From: Octopus sinensis
Lineage: Eukaryota
Reading direction: 5' to 3'
Assembly (NCBI RefSeq): GCF_006345805.1
Contig: NC_043007.1
Location: 68,324,001-68,388,000, forward strand
DNA length: 64,000 nucleotides
The first letter of the stretch is position 1. Each line of letters starts with the position of its first letter. The position numbers and the translations under genes were made by a program. The notes under the pieces were generated by a model. It was not told where the DNA came from. It made no database searches and worked only from the letters and a program-made list of their open reading frames with translations. Shown one piece after another: positions 13,353 to 26,762 of this stretch.

Positions 13353-14099
13353 AAGGAAAAGTAGGCAGGATTCGAACTCGCAGACAAAAGGACCGTGATG
13401 AATATTGCAACGAATCCAAATGACATGCTAGCACTATTTATAGAAAAATTGACATGGAGCGTGACCGTTTTTTGCTAAATAAAGTATCTAAATTTTGCAA
13501 GCTCGGCTTAATTGGCTGTAAATGTACACCAAAACATTTGGAACAGATCACTAAGGAAAGTAGCAGAGGGCAATTTAGTCAACGAGTATTTGGTTAGCTT
13601 GCATTGGCGGCTTAGCCTCTAATAAAGCGTTCGTATACATCAAGATACTACTTGATGTATTCTGCTCTGAAAATTATGTAAATGAAACATGTGGAGTGTC
13701 ATGTAATGATAACTCTAAATTAATAATGAATACTATAACTAAGTAGGTTAGTTGATACGACTCATTAAAGTGGCCGTCTATGTAACATCCAGAAATATTA
13801 TTAAGATGAAAAAAAATGAGAAATAGATGAATGTTTTTTAAATAATTTATTGTATTGTTTATATCACAAATGAATTGCCCGGTAATTTTTTTCTTTATAT
13901 GGTGAGAAAATCACATGTTTATCTGTGATTAATTAAGAACTAATTAGAAATGTTTAATCGTCTAAAAAGCGTTCATTCGTACTGGAAATGGATTGTATGA
14001 TGAGAAACAGGAAATATATTTGCTGCAATCGGCACTGTTTCCCACCACTCGCTTTATTAGCCGCGTTCACAAAACATTATTATTATTATTATCATTACT

Positions 14100-15390
14100 A
14101 AGGCGGCGAGCTGGCAGAATCGTTAGCACGCCGGGCGAAATGCGTAGCCGTATTTCGTCTGCTGTTACGTTCTGAGTTCAAATTCCGACGAGGTCGACTT
14201 TGCCTTTCATCCTTTCGGGGACGATAAATTAAGTACTGGATTCGATGTAATCGACATAATCCGTTTGTCTGTCCTTGTTTATCCCCTCTGTGTTTAGCCC
14301 CTTGTGGGTAGCAAAGAAATAGGTATTTCGTCTGCTGCAACGTTCTGAGTTTAAATTCCGCCAAGGTTGACTTTGCCTTTCATCCTTTCGGGTCGGTAAA
14401 TTAAGTACCAATTGTGTACTGGGTTCGATGTAATCAACTGTCCACTCCCACACAAAATCTCGATCTTGTCTCTATTATAGAAAGAATCGATAGCACGCTG
14501 GGTGAAGTGCTTAGCGGTATTTCGCCCGTCTCCACATTCTGTGTTCAAATTTTGCCAAGGTCGACTTTGCCTTTCATCCTTTCTGGGTCAATAAAATAAG
14601 TACCAGTGGAGCACTGGGGTCGATGTATAATCAACTATCCCTTTCTCCGAAAATTTCAGGTCCTGTGCCTCAAGTAGAAAGGATTACTATTATCATTACT
14701 AAGGCTTCGAGCTGGCAGAATCGTTAGCACGCCGGGCGAAATGTTTAGCGGTATTTTGTCTGCCGTTACGTTCTGAGATCAAATTCCGCCGAGGTCGACT
14801 TTGCTTTTCATCCTTTCGGGGTCGATAAATTAAGGACCAGTTACACACTTAATCCGTTTGTCTGTCCTTGTTTGTCCTCTCTGTGTATTACCCTTGTGGG
14901 TAGTAAAGAAATAGGTATTTCGTCTGTCGTTACGTTCTGAGCTCAAATTCCGCTGGGGTCGACTTTGCCTTTCATCCTTTCGGTGTCGATAAATTAAGTA
15001 CAAGTTACGCACTGGGGTCGATATAATCGACTTAATCCGTTTGTCTGTTTTTGTTTATCCCCTCTGTGGGCAGTAAAGAAATAGATATTTTGTCTGTCTT
15101 TACGTTCTGAGTTCAAATTCCGGCGAGGTCGACTTTGCCTTTCATCTTTTCGGAGTCGATAAATTACGTACCAGTTGCGTACTGGAGTCGATCTAATGCC
15201 CTTGTGTCAAAAATTTGAAACCATTACTAAGGCGGCGAGCTGGTAGAATCGTTAGCACGCAGGGCAAAATAATTAGCAGTATTTCACCCGTCGCAACGTT
15301 CTAAGTTCAAATTTCGCCGAAGACTTTTCCTATCATCGTTTCCTATCACGCCCCCAAATTTCAGGACTTGATCCATAACTTGAAGCCATT
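14100..15390 (+). mobile_element. Head-to-tail stack of family A SINEs (dimer, monomer, trimer, truncated monomer)
   Basis: Heads at about 14100, 14480, 14700 and 15230. The core gttctgagttcaaattcc...gtcgactttgcctttcatcctttcggggtcgataaattaagtacc recurs about 7 times. The linker aatccgtttgtctgt...gtagtaaagaaatag joins cores within multimers. Confidence 0.9.
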
Positions 15391-15908
15391 ATCATATAAT
15401 TAATAAGCAGTTTCCGAGACTGTTAAACGGCTAACAGCCAAACTATGTTTCAGTGGTTAAAAGTCCGTCAGCAGAACTGTGTGGTATCTATGGACAAGTA
15501 TTTTAATTTTCTAACTGTTAAACAACGTTTATCTTGCGGCCCGCTTGATATTTTCTTGAAATAGGTTTATTTAAACAAACATTTTAAAACTTTTATCAAA
15601 AATTAAAGATTCTAATGAAAAGTAAAAAAAGAAATATACTACTGTTTTTGAAACGATAATATTTCATGTTGAATCAACAATCATTCATTTATCATTGTAA
15701 AAAATAACACGAGAAAGGAATATGTTTTCAATTCTATCAGTACCAAGCGGTCCTCAGGAAAAAAAAAAAAAAAGGAAAAACAGCTTTCTGTGATTAAAGT
15801 GGCTCGCAATGTAATTCGAATTGGCCTGGCCTTGTCTAACACAACCAAACGATCGACAAGAAAACACAACTCTGTATAAGTAAATGATCAGTAAATGATT
15901 TCTCTCTC

Positions 15909-15946
<38 letters not shown>

Positions 15947-16589
15947 CAGCATGACCGCAGCTATGAGCTGAAACTACTGCAATATATATATATATATATA
16001 TATATTAACACATTATTAGTGCATTCACTTTTTAATGTTGTACCATAGAATATTTTTATGAATTTCACACATAATTGTTTCTCATGAACAAATGTAAACA
16101 GCCGGACTAGCTTAACTGCTGTGCTGTAATTTCTTAAAACCCAATGTACTTCCTTTAACTCTCCTCGGGCACACTGTTTATATGTCCTGGTTTTATAGTT
16201 TACGTGCGATTACTGTTGCCTTGAAACAATAGACACAAAGGTTAAACCAAATGTTTTCCATCCCAGAAAAAGAGTCCAAGCCAATTATTTGCACTTTATA
16301 AACGTTTTATCTTTCCTGCATACCGCTGTTTAAATTGCCTAGCGGTGTAAGTATAGAAAATGTTAACGCGTTGGAAAAAGAGGAAATCAAGGAAAGCGTT
16401 AAGAGTTCATGTTTTTGAAAAAACAGATATCATGTCTGCACGACAGTTCTTTTTCTTTTTTTTTTGGATTTGAAGTAATTTTAAGCTGAAGTAGTTGAAG
16501 TATATTGTCAAGGGGATGGTCAGTTTTCAAGACGCAGTCGTTAATATGTTGAGGTTGTATGTCCACCAGTGGAGATACTGAATAATAGT

Positions 16590-16745
16590 GCTTTCAAATT
16601 TTGGTACAAAGCCTGAAATTTTTGGAGAAGGTGTAAGTCTATTACATCGACCCCAGTACTCAGCTGGTACTTATTTTTATCGATCCGAAATGGATGAAAA
16701 GCAAAGTCACCGAGGTTCTCTTTGACTTTCATCCTTTCAGGGTCG
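16590..16745 (-). mobile_element. Family A SINE 3' part with small internal duplication
   Basis: catcgaccccagtactcagctggtactta...atcgatccgaaatggatgaaaagcaaagtc is the reverse complement of the family A core and tail. Confidence 0.75.
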
Positions 16746-16846
16746 ATATTCAATAATATTAAGGTCTAATAAAGAGACATTCAATCATGTTTACGATGTT
16801 CGCTTACAGTCGGACATGGAAAGAAACACTGCAGAAATACACTACA

Positions 16847-17002
16847 CCGTGGAAGGTATACTTTCTTGTGTCGCTGGTTGTCGTTGTGTGTCGTCAGTTA
16901 TGGATACCGAGTCATCTTAACTTGTTCTTTCTGTCCATGAAGAATAATTAGAATTCTGTAGCTGACGACACACGACGACACAGAGACGCATACATTCTAC
17001 GG
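16847..17002. repeat. Imperfect inverted repeat (MITE-like fold-back)
   Basis: gtcgttgtgtgtcgtcagtta (16880-16900) pairs with tagctgacgacacacgacgac (16959-16979). Outer arms ccgtggaaggtatac and gcatacattctacgg also pair. Confidence 0.85.
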
Positions 17003-17169
17003 TTCGAGAACATCAGTCATACCCCAATGGTATGTTTTATCACGTGTGATATCAGTTATGAAAAGTTTTCCCCCGAAGACAATTTCTGTAGGGTAGATCT
17101 TTCCACGCTTCATTCGCCTCTCATTAATGAAAGTCTTGTTTTTGAGGCAATAGTGTGCATGTTAAATGA

Positions 17170-17430
17170 GTGTTGTTCGTGTTTCAGAGTGAGATGAGAT
17201 GTATTTCTAAGTGTTTGGTGTTTTTTTTTTTGCCGTTGAAATTAACAAGATGTGCACGTACCCAATGGAAGATGTTTTTCGGGGGTCTCTGTTCTGGTGG
17301 ACAAAGTGCGTTGGATGTGGGATTTCCAGGTAGCATGTACACCACTCTTCGGCGAGAACGAGGAAGAATGACGGATGATGCAAACAGAGTAGGCCTAGCG
17401 GTTGTTACACCCAATTCGAAGCACGATGAC
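17170..17430 (-). pseudogene. Probable Merlin (IS1016/ISXO2-like) transposase relic
   Basis: Frameshifted minus-strand pieces TLF....ILPRS, AEEW..CY, FV(H)PEQ..PKNIFHWVRA and NG.....KHLEIHL. They follow the order of the Merlin C-terminal motifs ILPGS-SDEW..Y-FVDP.TG.HTQ.IE..W-G....L..YL.E. Recognised by eye only. Confidence 0.45.
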
Positions 17431-19224
17431 TTCTCAGCCAATATATATGATAATAATGGCTTCAGTTACTGGCGACACAATAGCACAATCAAATATACAT
17501 CTTATATGACATGTATGATGCAAAGAACGTGTAGCGGTTTTAGCAGTTTCGCTATTGTATGCTATTACATATAGAAGTATATGAGATGGTTTACACTTTA
17601 TATTTGACAATTGGCAATGTTACCTGCTGATCATTAGAGATTCTAAAATATTTGTGGTCACTGGATAAATATTTACAGACATTTCAAGTCGCAGTCATTA
17701 ATATGCATTATTTGTATATTGCCCATCCTGTGTTTCCGAGTGTTAAACCTCTTTTCTTTCATCGTATGAAGGAGGAGCTTCATACTCGGAGTGAATTGTT
17801 TATTGATAAATCTTGCTAAACAGTTGGAAGGTAATTCTAATTCTTGTGGATACATTATAAAAGTTCATTAGATTTTCTATGAGGTTGGATTTGCTAGAAT
17901 CTAATTTAATGCGGGTCAAGAAAATGAACTTCTTTAAACGTTAATGTTGATAACAATCTGTGAAACATTAATGGCATATTTCGTGAAGAGGTTGGCTGGT
18001 TATTCATGTTGGTTGCATTAAGAGACAATGATCTCTCTAATACCCACGTCGTAAAAAATCTTAATTTTTTGCGGGTACCAAATGTAATATCAAGAGAAAT
18101 GATAATTCACAAACAACTTCCCCGAAGTCTTTTGATCCAATGTTTATATCAAAAGAGGAATTACTATTTGCCTTTCTCTACAGACTATTGTCAAAAGATT
18201 ATAGCCATATTCTGCCATGCATCATAATTTTAGTGCCAAATTCACAAATGGGAATGTGATTGCTAGCAGCAGTCAATGTCTGTGAAGTAAGGGTTCGATA
18301 ATTAAAAAGTTATTTTTTATGCTCTCCACCTGGATGGATTTATATGAGAGTTTATTATTATTGATACTATAGAAACATTTAGATAATGGTACATTGGAAT
18401 TTTTCAGAATTTGTTTTTATTGAAATTGTTTTCAAAAGTTTGTTTATTTGACTTTTAGTTGTGCTGTACTCCTTTCAACAGCTATCGAATTACAAATGAC
18501 TACGGTTTCAGTACCTTCTATCAATATCCCTTTCTTAGCGGGGCCATGCAACATTGATGTCACTAAGGAATGTTTGGGCTCTCTCGGCTATTATTCTTAT
18601 AATACTTTTCTTCGGCCCGTCATTATTGCAACCTCCACAAGAAGCATTATACAGAAATCATTTCATTTTACTACACGCTGGAAACTTCTTATTTGATGTC
18701 ACTTTCCCTTTTCTTTTCACGTACTTCAATATCACGATGAAGCATTGTACCTATTTCCTTTAATGCATCAAACTTTCACCAATCGCAGCCCCACAATTAT
18801 TTCTAATTTTGGTACCTGCCAAGTAAGACACTGTGTACCAAGCTACAAATGCACAATATCTCACCACCACAGTACGTTATTCTGCCGTCAAATACTCCAC
18901 ACGATTGCCCAAGTTCATTATCAATAAGATACTTCCTTTCGTGTACCCATTCATGACACACTTATGTCAACTATGAGAGATATTTTAGTAACCTGAACAA
19001 TATTGTAAGATCAAAGAGTTAGTTATATAAATTGGTTTGGAATACGATAACAATCTTTAAATACGCCTATATATGAACATAATTCGGAAGCTTTGATTTG
19101 CTGTTTTCCTTGTTTACTTAAAGTTTGTGTAAATACGAACGGTGTCTCTTGGTGTTGATTATGTTAGCATTGAAAATGCCCTTTTCTTTTAATGAATTAG
19201 CAAAGATGTTCAGAACTTAGTTTA

Positions 19225-19522
19225 TCTTTATATATAAAAGTCAAGTTGTGTGTCTGTCTCCTACGATTTAGATTCCTAACTACTCCCACATTTTGCGGTG
19301 CAGTTTAACCAAAACCGGGTATCTTATAGTCGTGATTCATATCGAGCCCTTCTGGGTATTAGCGTGCGTCTACGATGAGTCTACGATTTAAAAAAAAATT
19401 ACCATCATTTTTTTCCATTTTAATGCAATTTTGTCGCTATTATATAAGGGAAGTAACTCTCTAAAAATGCTTATATAGTTATTTCCCTTACAAACCCGAG
19501 CAACGCCGGGCGATACTGCTAG
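19225..19522 (+). mobile_element. Non-autonomous Helitron (298 bp)
   Basis: 5' TC (tctttatatataaaag), 3' hairpin cccgagcaacgccggg (19495-19510), terminal CTAG (19519-19522), inserted between A and T without a TSD. Confidence 0.85.
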
Positions 19523-19649
19523 TTTTCAATAAACTTCTGCAATGCTTGCACGATACTTGAATATCTCAAAGGATGCGTAGCCTCCATATTACTAACATTT
19601 ACTTCTATCATACGACTCCACTGTTTCATTTTGTTTGGTTGCGAAAGCA

Positions 19650-20326
19650 CATTTCACACTGATTTCAGGAGGATATCAGGGCAGAAGTTTACAGTGCGGT
19701 TGTTCCATACTACAGGCTCATCGCATCTCATGTGGACTCTCTTTTCAATTTCAGAGAGAGAGGATACACTCAGTGCCACCTGAAGGTGGTTCTATTGAGG
19801 AGAATAATGAGTTTCTCAATGCAAAGCCAACACCATGTTGACGAAGTTCCTCTGGATCTCATCCTGCCAAAAGAAGGTGAAGTCTTGTTCTTTGAGTATG
19901 CCGTCTCAGGAGAGTCTTGTATCCTGCAGGCCAGCAATGTCTATGTTGACCCTCTTTAGTCGATGACGGCCGTCTTTCTTGTGTCTTCAACCCTGAAAAG
20001 GTCATCAGATATGCCAGGACACATGGTTCTGACGTCCCAGCTTGCTAATCGCAGGACTGGTGGTTTCTTGTCTTTTGATTGTTTGCCTGGTGCAGAGGTT
20101 GCAGGCCGCCTTTCAAGTCAAACCCTTAGCTCCAAGCACCGAATGAAGCAGGCGGACTGTGGCGGGTCAGTACCTTATTAACCGGGGGTTGCCTAACTTG
20201 AGGAGGGCGGTAACTGACGAATGGGTCAAGAGAGTCCCTCCCACCGGCAAAGGTAACCCGTAGCACCCGTACCCTACGCCAATACGCCAAACAGAATGGA
20301 CTTATCACTCGTGAGCGCTACCGCCC
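19650..20326 (-). mobile_element. RTE (BovB-like) LINE: 5' UTR and AP-endonuclease start, 3' part absent
   Basis: Minus-strand peptide LRLASWDVRTMCPG...NIDIAGLQDTRL...FTFFWQ...HGVGFALRNSLFSSIEPPSGGT is typical of the RTE endonuclease N-terminus. A GC-rich 5' UTR lies upstream. Confidence 0.88.
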
Positions 20327-20429
20327 ATGTTTTATATAAACACACACATGCGCGCGTGTGTGTGTATGAGTAAATACGTATTGTAACACACGAATTCACA
20401 TGAAGAATATTACGAGCCCGATACGATAA

Positions 20430-20503
<74 letters not shown>

Positions 20504-20618
20504 CATTATATATACATATATATTCATTATACATATATATAGGTATAGATATACATCTACATACCTACATACACACACATACATACATACATACATACAC
20601 ACATACATACATACATAT

Positions 20619-20669
<51 letters not shown>

Positions 20670-20670
20670 G

Positions 20671-20704
<34 letters not shown>

Positions 20705-20740
20705 TATAAAACACAACACGTGTATGTATGTTTGTGTGTA
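20430..20740. repeat. (CA)n/(TA)n/(TACA)n microsatellite
   Basis: Seen directly. Confidence 0.9.
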
Positions 20741-21329
20741 GTTCTGAGTTTGTATTACTGCATACGTATGCTTGTATATTTATTTAATTGGTAAGAATAT
20801 GTGTTTGTGTATATACTGCAAAAAACACCCCCCCCCCAGAAAAAACGAAAAATAAAAATAAAACAAACAAACGGAATCAGATTATAATTTAACGATGTCC
20901 AATGTTGCCACAAGCTAAATGGGTATATCAATGATTGGCCACTAGAGTGAAAATAATTATTTGTTCCGATCGACTTTTCTGGCGTTTTTATATAAAATAC
21001 GACAATCCACACCCACTAGGACCAAAAACCAATGCTGTGTTTTCTTATAACATATATATCTTCTGATATACATACATATATGTCTGTGTATATATATTTG
21101 TGTATATATATACATAAATATATGTATGTATATATAAAGTTATATATATATATGTATATACACACATATTAATGTATAGAACTATCTATATATGCTTATA
21201 TGTACATACATATATACATGCATACATATCTATATATTTAAAAACATGGGTGCGCATCTATTCAGGCAACTATAGTTGTATGTGTATGTGCTCTGCCAAT
21301 GCACATATCTATATTTATCGGTAAACACT

Positions 21330-21850
<521 letters not shown>

Positions 21851-22071
21851 GTTCCCACATTCACACCAAGGTACAGTATCCAAGTAGAGTCAACACTCAA
21901 ACAAATTAAAAGTGAGGCATTTAATTAGTCATTTGTGAAGTTTTTAGACAGTCTTCCCCCATTAACAGTTTTCTATTGAATTGAAGATACTACGTATTAA
22001 TAATTACATCTGTTTTATTGATTTTTGTATTTTGTTTTCATGCTCCAGTATTTATATTTTCTTACTTTATC

Positions 22072-22132
<61 letters not shown>

Positions 22133-22651
22133 TTCTATTTACTATTGATCTCCCAGGTATTGTTCTCGATATTTTCCAGGATTGCTATTTCGACCAAAAA
22201 CGAAGGAAAATTATACAATGCAATCGTTAATATATATGAATAACGCAAATGTAACCTTTTATGCTGTTCATACGAAAGACGATGGTATATTGTGTGAGTG
22301 TAAGCGCGTATATGTGTGTTTGTTTGTGTTAATAGATGTTGTGTGTACTATCTATTATGAAAAACCCACAAGTATTAGAAAGGAATATTTGACCAATGTG
22401 AATCCATTGATTCGATTGGTGTTTATTTATTAATATCGTAAACTAAAAGTTATTCTGGACAAATACGCGCACACACAGACCAATATTTACTCATTATAAA
22501 CACTACACTACTTTCAATGTACATATGCACAATCATACAAACATAGTATTTTAAATATATATATATATATATATATAGATATACATATGTGTGTGTGTGT
22601 GTGTGTATGTGTGTATACATATATATATATAGACAGATAGATAGATAGATA

Positions 22652-23051
22652 GGCGCCGGAGTAGCTGTGACTGTGTGGTAAGTAGCTTGCTTACCAACCA
22701 CATGGTTTCGGGTTTAGTCCCGCGGCGTGGAACCTTCGGCAAGTGTCATATACTATAGCCTCGGGCTGACCAAACCCTTGTGAGTGGATTTTGTAGACAG
22801 AAACGGAAAGAAGTCCGTTGTGTGTGTGTGAGTGTGTGTATGTGTGTGTGTGTGTTTGTGTGTTTGTGTTTTTCCGCCCAACATCGCAGGACAACCGATG
22901 CTTGTGTGTTTACGTCCCCGTATCTTTTGCAGTTCGGCAAAAGTGACCAATAGAATAAGGACTAGGCTTACAAAAATTAAGGCCTGGGGTCGATTTGCTC
23001 GACTGCATGGCCGCAGCCAAATGACTGAAATATGTAAAAGAATTAAAGAAT
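22652..23051 (+). mobile_element. Family B tRNA-derived SINE, full length, internal (TG)n
   Basis: A/B-box-like head, CORE-like accttcggcaagtg, gtgagtggatt...gacagaaac, internal microsatellite and tail ...ggccgcagccaaatgactgaaa..taaaagaa. Confidence 0.9.
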
Positions 23052-23411
23052 AATATATTCTCTCTGTTGTAGGAGATACGGAAGTTAACAATTATTTATT
23101 ATTAACTACTGAAATAAATTGACAGGTCCACATATAGTATCCCAAGATACGTCTTTTTGTTTTCTCTGATGGAATCATACCCATGTTATATAAATGCAAA
23201 TTTAATATACAAATTTGCAATTAAATTATAGTGTATTAATTGAAACGGCTGTAAGAAGCGAAGATGACCAATTTGTTAATAATAAATAAGTCTGACCCCC
23301 ATTTTCTTTCCTTCTTTTTACTGGATATATATACATATATTCTTTTATTATCTCTATCTATCTATCTATTTGTCTGTCTGTCTGTCTGTCTGTCTATATG
23401 TCTGTCTGTTG

Positions 23412-23476
<65 letters not shown>

Positions 23477-26469
23477 ATACTCTTTCATCACCAATCTTTC
23501 AAATATTTCATGCATTGAACTGCGACTTAGCTGGGCACAGCCTTGAAGGGTTGAGTGGAACAAATTGACCACAAATCTTATTTTCAAAGTCTGGTACTGA
23601 TTCCCTTAGTTTCTGTTTTTCCTGGAGTGTTTGCGTAGACGTAAACAAACAGACGCCACTTGAAAATTGCTGTGAACGGAGGGGTGGGGCGGGAATGAAC
23701 ACAAACACAAACAGCGACATAGACACGCACGCACACACGTACGCACACACGTACGCACACACACATACAGACACACACACATACAAATACATACACACAT
23801 GACGGGCTTCCACATAGTTTCTGGCAACCAAGTTCACTCAGTAGTCATCGGTCGGCCCGGGACTGTAGTAGAAGGCACTCCCCTATGGTGCTGCATTCTC
23901 TCTCTCGCTCTCTTTCCGGACACAGACACACACACTCTCTCTCTCACACACATATATTTATATATATATAACACATATACATATATTTATGTGTGTGTGT
24001 GTGTCCTTGTGTGTCTGTCAGTGTATGTGTTTTATGTGTGTGTGTTTAAAAGTCTTTGTTGGTAGGTGGAAGTTTCATTTAAATTTTGTTGTTTTATGTA
24101 AGTTTGTGTGTATTTCACTTTTATTCAGATATATTGATAGACATAAATTCGATGGGTGTACCCCGAATGAGTTGAATGTTCACGAATGCACTCGCACATA
24201 CACACGAATGCAAGTGCACGTACCCAAATACACACGTATACACGCAAGTTCATAGACCCATATACGAACACTCACACGTATATAAAAATATACACACATA
24301 TACACAAATACGCATGCACGTGTACACGAATACATATACAAGATGATACCCGTAAAATCACGCATTAATATATTTGGGAATATTTTTTTATTTAAATGTT
24401 CGTTCACGCCATTTGTTAATCACGTATATCATATCTATATTTTGTTCATGAACTTCAAAATCATAAACTACGATATTTAGATGTACACGTATGATTGTGT
24501 CTGTGTATGTGTAAGTGTGAATATGTCTGTGTGTGTGTGTGTGCGTATATGTATATATATGTATATATGTACTCAAATATATGTATATACATATATATAC
24601 ACGTATATTTATATATGCATATATATGCATACACACGCATATATGCATCTATGTATGTATGTGTGTATGTGTACATGTATGTATGTACGTAAGTACGTAC
24701 GTATCTGTGCATGTTTCATTACTATTTTCGGGTATCTGTTTCTGTGTGATTGCGTGCATATGTTCACACGCATATTTATGAATATATACGTGTGTATGTT
24801 TATGTGTGTGTTTGTTGTGTGTTAGTGTGCGCCTGTGCCTTTGCATCTGCGTCTGCCTATATGTATGTGAATGATTGCTGAAATAAATAAAGAAATAAAA
24901 ATAAAAAAATAAAAAAATAAAAGCATCCATCAATAATTTATATGATGATAAACTGATCGATTTGTATTTTTTAAATCGATCTATGCATACAAAATCTTGG
25001 TACCTCATAGACAAAGGATTTCTCTTTGGTAAGATTATAAGCTTCGAATTCTAATGGAGTAGTTCCGTTATCCGAAAGACATATCTTTCATAATAATTGG
25101 AAATCCAAAACTATGAACGACTGCCTTTCAAAATGACATTCGTGTGTCAAATTTCTTGATATCGTAGCTTCAAGATAGAATTATATCTCTTTGCTTTAAC
25201 AACCTTGAAGGATTTTAAAATACCAATTCATAGCATTTTGTTAAAGATATTCTCTTTTCATTCAATATTACATTTACGAAGTATTTTGCTTTTCATCATC
25301 AAATCTTGTATAATTCATTATAATTATATTTATTTTCTGTTATAATCCATTCATTACAGGTAACGTTTATTAAATTTACCTTGACATTTTCAAATTTATT
25401 ATTCAATACACCATTGAAAGATTGTTATAATATTAATCACATTTTCATTATTTTTACTGACACGTCCATGTCCTTCTGTAATCACTTAATCCGCTTTTTC
25501 TAAGTCGAATGGAAACTGTAATTTTCCTTGGAAAGCCTTTCTTTATCTACCGCTATGTTCTCAATACAATTTCTTAATATGATAATGCAACGAATATTTT
25601 ATCATCACGTGGTTCGGTCTAATGCCTATCGGAATATCAATTTAAACTTCCAAAATTTTTGTCCCATCACACTGACACTTGTGTACTCATGACGAAGTTA
25701 TTTTACTATAAGTTGCTGACATTATCACATTGTGAAATAAGTTCCATGAATAAGATAAAGCATATGTATACAAGAAAATACTTATATTATATTTCACTCT
25801 CGCTTGCTCATTACCAAATTGTGAATAAATACATTGAGTTAAGTAAAGGATAATCGATGTCAATCGTAATACTAGCGAAAAATTAAGATACTTTTAGTTT
25901 CTTACAAATTTTAATTCACATGTGCGATAAACTTTTAGCTCAGTTTTAGTACGATGGAGCTGAATGCGTTAATAATACCTCCTTAGAACTCCTGTCGATG
26001 ATTTATTTTAAAAGCTCATCAAATTTCATTGCCAATTTTATGGTGATCCTTACATCATAAACGTTTATATTTATTAAGCATTCGGCATCAGCTTAATTAC
26101 AATATTTCTTCGTTCGAACTGCAAGGGCATACCGGGCGGATAATCAGTGATCGATTCCTGATTTGTAGGCAAACCACTTATAATTAATCAACTTTTGAAG
26201 ATTAATTAACCTAACGTTTGAATCGTTCTCTTATCAACCTATTAGAAAATATTCTAATGTAGAGGATGTTGGGAATTGCTTAAAGTATGCTACATAATCG
26301 CCGTTAATACAACTTAAGACAATAATATAGTCTGAATGTTTCACTTCCCACAACCTGGAACAGCAAGCAATATTATATCAAGCCTTTTTTTATATTTATA
26401 TGTGATACATGAAATGTCTTCACTTGCACCAATTTCTGTTTCGAGCAAGGTATCTATAATATAACAGTT

Positions 26470-26660
26470 TCTAATTAAGGCAAAAGACCTGCATTTTTTG
26501 AAGCGAGGGTGTTAGTCGATACCTTTGACTCCAGTATTGATCGGTACTTTATTTTATCAATCTCAAAAGTATGAAAAGAAAAATTGACCTTGGTGTGATG
26601 TAAACTCAGAATGTACTGGGTCGGAACAAATGCCGCAATGCAATTTTCCGACGCTCTAAA
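26470..26660 (-). mobile_element. Decayed family A SINE
   Basis: gtcgatacctttgactccagtattgatcggtactttattttatc...gaaaagaaaaattgacc is the reverse complement of the family A core. Confidence 0.65.
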
Positions 26661-26762
26661 TATGTTACCCAGAAAATTGTGATTTTAGTTTTCGTATTTA
26701 GTTAGTATACATCCTAATTCTTATCAAAAACAAGAAAAGTAGAATAAAATAAAGAACAAAGC

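Noticed and set aside
14100-15390. Regularly recurring repeats superficially like a CRISPR array
   Set aside because: The repeats are ~100-160-bp SINE cores with homologous, non-unique linkers. The context is eukaryotic and there are no cas genes.
16810-17029. Apparent two-microexon GT-AG structure (16810-16855, 16962-17029) encoding SDMERNTAEIHYTVEADDTRRHRDAYILRFENISHTPM
   Set aside because: The peptide has no recognisable homology and no flanking exons were found. The putative intron coincides with an inverted repeat that explains the sequence.
18900-18965. CHEWVHE on the minus strand, reminiscent of a PHD finger
   Set aside because: The surrounding Cys/His ligands are absent and stops flank it, so it is likely chance.
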